Origin: an uncultured Gemmatimonadales bacterium
Lineage (GTDB): Bacteria > Gemmatimonadota > Gemmatimonadetes > Gemmatimonadales > GWC2-71-9
DNA length: 64,000 nucleotides
Direction: 5' to 3'
Assembly: GCA_963795085.1 (NCBI GenBank)
Contig: CAWCFX010000006.1
Span: 352,001 to 416,000 of the forward strand
The notes beneath the pieces were generated by a model. That model searched no databases. It was not told where the DNA came from and saw only the letters and a program-made list of their open reading frames with translations. The position numbers and the translations under genes were made by a program. Shown here piece by piece: positions 60,839-64,000 of this stretch. Positions within the stretch are counted from its first letter, which is position 1. Each line of letters starts with the position of its first letter.

Positions 60839-61123
60839 ATGGATCTGGGTGTCCTGATTCCCATCGTTTCCATTGCGCTTGGCATTCCCGCGGGGGTCGC
60901 CTTCATGGCCCTGGCGATGAACCATGCGCGGAAGACGCAGGAAATGAAACTGCGGGAGAAAGAGCTCGACAAGGGTGGGGACCTGGGTCCGGTGGTGGAT
61001 GCGCTGAGCCACGACCTCCACGAGACCCGGGTGCAGGTGGCGGAACTGCAGGAACGCCTCGATTTCGCGGAGCGTATGCTTACCGCCGGGAGACCGCCGG
61101 AGACTGGCCGTGCGATGCAGTGA
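60839..61123 (+). CDS. Hypothetical membrane-anchored coiled-coil protein
   Basis: GGAG RBS, TM helix, ELQERLDFAERML. Confidence 0.75.
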   Translation: MDLGVLIPIVSIALGIPAGVAFMALAMNHARKTQEMKLREKELDKGGDLGPVVDALSHDLHETRVQVAELQERLDFAERMLTAGRPPETGRAMQ

Positions 61124-61404
61124 CAGGGCAGGCTGAAGCCTGCGACCGCAGGAAGTCTCTCAGGGCCGTCGGCCGTACTGTCACTGAAGCGACAGTAGAA
61201 TTCCAATCGGCGGCGGGTCAATAATCACGAAGGCACGAACGAGACGTCGGAAAGCGCGACAATTGACGGCCTTACCGCCCTGTCTTACCGCCCCGATCTA
61301 CCGCCATGTTCTACCGCCTGGCACCAATGTGAGAGGACAGGCTAAAGCCTGCGACCGCAGGAAGTCCTTTAGGGCCCTCGGCTGTACTGTCGCTGAAGCG
61401 ACAG
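61120..61404. repeat. Two direct copies of a 76-bp REP/BIME-like unit (61120-61195, 61329-61404)
   Basis: Each has hairpins CAGGCTRAAGCCTG and CTGTCRCTGAAGCGACAG. Confidence 0.8.
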
Positions 61405-61525
61405 CATGAATCCGAGCGGGACCGCCCTGTTCTACCGCCCTGTTCTACCGCCCTGTTCTACCGCCCTGTTCTACCGCCCTGTTCGTCTTACCGCCCTGTT
61501 CTACCGCCCTTTTCTACCGCCCTGT
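61270..61525. repeat. 13-mer tandem repeats (CTACCGCCCTGTT)n in two blocks
   Basis: 61270-61320 and 61420-61525. Confidence 0.9.
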
Positions 61526-61978
61526 CAGTTCCTCGGCGTCCGGCCGCTCGAAGCTGGCCGACCACTGCGCCAGGTCGGCCGCGCTGACATCGAACGTGTC
61601 CTTTGAGCGCGCCCTGGCCCGCGCGGCCAGCCGGGCGGCGAGGACCTCGGGGGCGGCATCCACGAAATGCACCACGCTGCCCGCGCCAAGGGCCGCGGCG
61701 CGGGCGCGGTAGTCCTCCCGCTCGGCCCGGGACCAGAACCCGAAATCCAGGATCACGTCCACGCCCAGTTCCAGCGTGCGCCGGGCCAACTGCCAGAGCG
61801 CCCGCTCGACCGGATCCCGCGCCGCGTCCAGCTCGTCCCTGGCCGGCGAAGGACCGAGCACCGCAGTGATCCACTCGTCCGGGGAGAGCCGGAGCGCGGG
61901 GAGAGAGGCTTCCAGCTCCCGGGCCCGGGTGGTCTTCCCCGCGCCGGGCAGGCCGACCATGAGGTGGAGGGTGGGCAT
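61514..61978 (-). CDS. AAA_33-type P-loop predicted kinase
   Basis: GLPGAGKTT, LSPDEW, DVILDFGFW.R.ER, FERP. Confidence 0.88.
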   Translation of the reverse strand: MPTLHLMVGLPGAGKTTRARELEASLPALRLSPDEWITAVLGPSPARDELDAARDPVERALWQLARRTLELGVDVILDFGFWSRAEREDYRARAAALGAGSVVHFVDAAPEVLAARLAARARARSKDTFDVSAADLAQWSASFERPDAEELTGR

Positions 61979-62139
61979 ATATCAAGAGTAAAACAGTAAG
62001 CGGCGCGACGTGAGCGGGGGGCGGGTGTCGGGCGTCGGCGCTGGAGACCAGCGGGGGGGTCTGGCGGAAACAGCCGGCGGGGGCATACTGGTGAAGACAG
62101 CCGGACAAGCAGCCTCACACCCACCTAGAAGGGATACCG

Positions 62140-62577
62140 ATGTCACGGACTCCAGCTTACCTCACAATACTGCTTCTAACCGTCGTCAGCACCGGGTGTT
62201 TCCACGCCACCATTGAGACGGGAGCGACCCCTTCAACTACCGTGATTCGGAAGGGCTTTGCGTCCGGCTGGATCTATGGACTCGTGCCGCCCAGCACCGT
62301 GTCGACAGCCAACCAGTGCCCCAACGGGGTCGCCCGTGTCGAAACCCAACTCAGCTTCGTGAATCAGCTCGTCGGTTTCCTGACCCTTGGCATCTACACG
62401 CCCATGGAGATCGTGGTGACCTGCGCCGCCTCGGGCTCGGCGTCCGCCAATGCTCCCGGCGAGGCCGAGGTCGTCGAGTTCGACGCAGGATCACCGGGCG
62501 GCCTCACGGAAGCCCTCGCCCTGGCGATCACCCGGTCACACGACGAAGCCCGGGCCATCTACATCCGGGCCAGGTAG
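62140..62577 (+). CDS. Bor/Iss-family lipoprotein
   Basis: Lipobox STGC, CPNGVA.VETQ.SF.N, TLGIYTP. Confidence 0.8.
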   Translation: MSRTPAYLTILLLTVVSTGCFHATIETGATPSTTVIRKGFASGWIYGLVPPSTVSTANQCPNGVARVETQLSFVNQLVGFLTLGIYTPMEIVVTCAASGSASANAPGEAEVVEFDAGSPGGLTEALALAITRSHDEARAIYIRAR

Positions 62578-62783
62578 CCGGATCAGCGCGCGCAGCTTCA
62601 GCCACTCGTTGCCGGCCGGAACGGAGCGGCCGTCGCCTTCGACACCCGGCGAACGGTGGTGCAATGGCGGGTCCACGGGCGACCTGCAGTTCGCGACCTG
62701 TGGAGCGGGACGGCCACCCTGGCAGGAATCAGCAAGCCCGAGGGGCAATAGGACGACGACGGGGCATCCTCACCGCGGAGATG

Positions 62784-63252
62784 TCACGGAGCCAGGCGGG
62801 GACGCAGTTCCCCCGCGTCCGGCGGCTCGAAGGCGGCGACCACCGGGCCGGTCGGCTCGCGCTGACATCGAACGTGTCCTTGGGGCGCGTCGTGGCCCGC
62901 TCGACCAGGCGGACGGCAGTACCTCGGGGGCCGTGTCCACAAATGCACCACGCTGCCGGCGCCGAGGGCCGCGGCGCGGGCGCGGTAATCCTCTGCTCCA
63001 CCCGGGACCAGAACCCGAAATCGAGAATCACGTCGAGCCCCACCTCCAGGGTGCGTTTGGGGATCTCCCAGAGCATCCGTTCGACCGGATCCGCGCCGCG
63101 TCCAGCTCGTCTCTGGCCGGCGAAGGACCGAGCACCGCCGTGATCCACTCGTCCGGGGTGAGCCGGAGCGCGGGGAGAGAGGCTTCCAGCTCCCGGGCCC
63201 GGGTGGTCTTCCCCACGCCGGGCAGGCCGACCATGAGGTGGAGGGTGGGCAT
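62784..63252 (-). pseudogene. Degraded duplicate of the AAA_33 kinase (61514-61978)
   Basis: Near-identical 5' half; at least three single-base deletions relative to the intact copy. Confidence 0.8.
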
Positions 63253-63392
63253 GTAGGAAAATAGCGGGGAGGGTTGGGGGTGGGGGCCGGGATGGAGGAG
63301 GGGGGTCTGGCGGAAATGGTTGGTGGAGGCATACTGGTAGGGGCGGTTTGAACAGCAGGACAAGCCCAGTTAGACACACTCCGAAAGGCCTC

Positions 63393-64000
63393 ATGCGGCT
63401 CACGGCAGTTTATCTCACCAGGCTCCTTATGAACGGTGACCCGTGCCAACCGTGCACTTGCATCGTTCCGAATGATCCTTGAGCGCTGAGCGAAGCCGAC
63501 GTAGTGTTCGAGGGCACCGTTCTGTGGCGCCGCACTTCAATCCTCGAGGGCAAGGACACTGTGGGGGGCAGGCTTCAGACGAGCCTCGATCCCGCCAAGG
63601 TGCCGGCCGGCGCGCAGCGGGCCACGCCGCTGCCGGCACGGGGCCACTATCAGCATCAACGCCATTTCCGCACCGAAACCGATGCCGCCTCCGGCCTTAC
63701 CCGGGTATCGGTGACCACCCATCCGGGCCGCTACTTCCTCTGGATCCAGCGGCCCCGCCTCACGTTCTTCTTTACCTACCCCACCGCACAGCCCGCCGAG
63801 GCTCCCGGGTTTATCTCCCTCGTCTACCGGACGCAGACGCCGCAGAACTTCGATATGCCGCTCCGGGTCTTCGCCGACCTCGTGGCCTGTTCGGCCGTGG
63901 CCCTCGACGTTGGCGGGATCCGGGTGGATTTCGCCCCGGATCAACTCGAAGCGCTGCAGGCCCTGGGAAGCCGTCTGACGACAGTGAGCAGTGAACAGTG
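63393..64000 (+). pseudogene. Interrupted ORF (CTC...ADVVFEGTV TIMP-like start) with in-frame TGA at 63480, open to the window end
   Basis: Manual translation MRLTAV...PCTCIVPNDP*ALSEADVVFEGTV...; the frame stays open to 64000. Confidence 0.35.

Noticed and set aside
60563..64000. Integron cassette array
   Set aside because: No intI and no attC-like RYYYAAC...GTTRRRY boundaries were recognised; genes are in mixed orientation.

Overview
High-GC bacterial chromosomal window. The protein style suggests Gemmatimonadota, which is an inference only. In order it contains: the atpA 5' end; AraC, NUDIX and mlaEFD; a sigma-70 gene; eight tRNAs interleaved with signalling genes (MEDS, MetOD1 and two hybrid kinases); mixed housekeeping genes; a CsoR-controlled copper operon; a near-complete kynurenine Trp-degradation cluster; a roughly 13-kb uncharacterised catabolic/uptake cluster; and a duplicated, degraded module at the right end. 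The best candidates for novelty are three. (1) A CutF/CruR-like Cys/His-rich, Pro-tailed leader whose last codons pair with the Shine-Dalgarno of an uncharacterised outer-membrane protein in the copper operon. (2) The lyase, GHMP kinase, aminotransferase, amidohydrolase, aldolase and racemase cluster. (3) Several families of intergenic 7-24-nt tandem repeats, often arranged as inverted pairs. Three genes carry single-base frameshifts that may be assembly errors. No integrase, transposase, prophage or CRISPR array was seen. All family assignments come from motif recognition by eye, without database searches.
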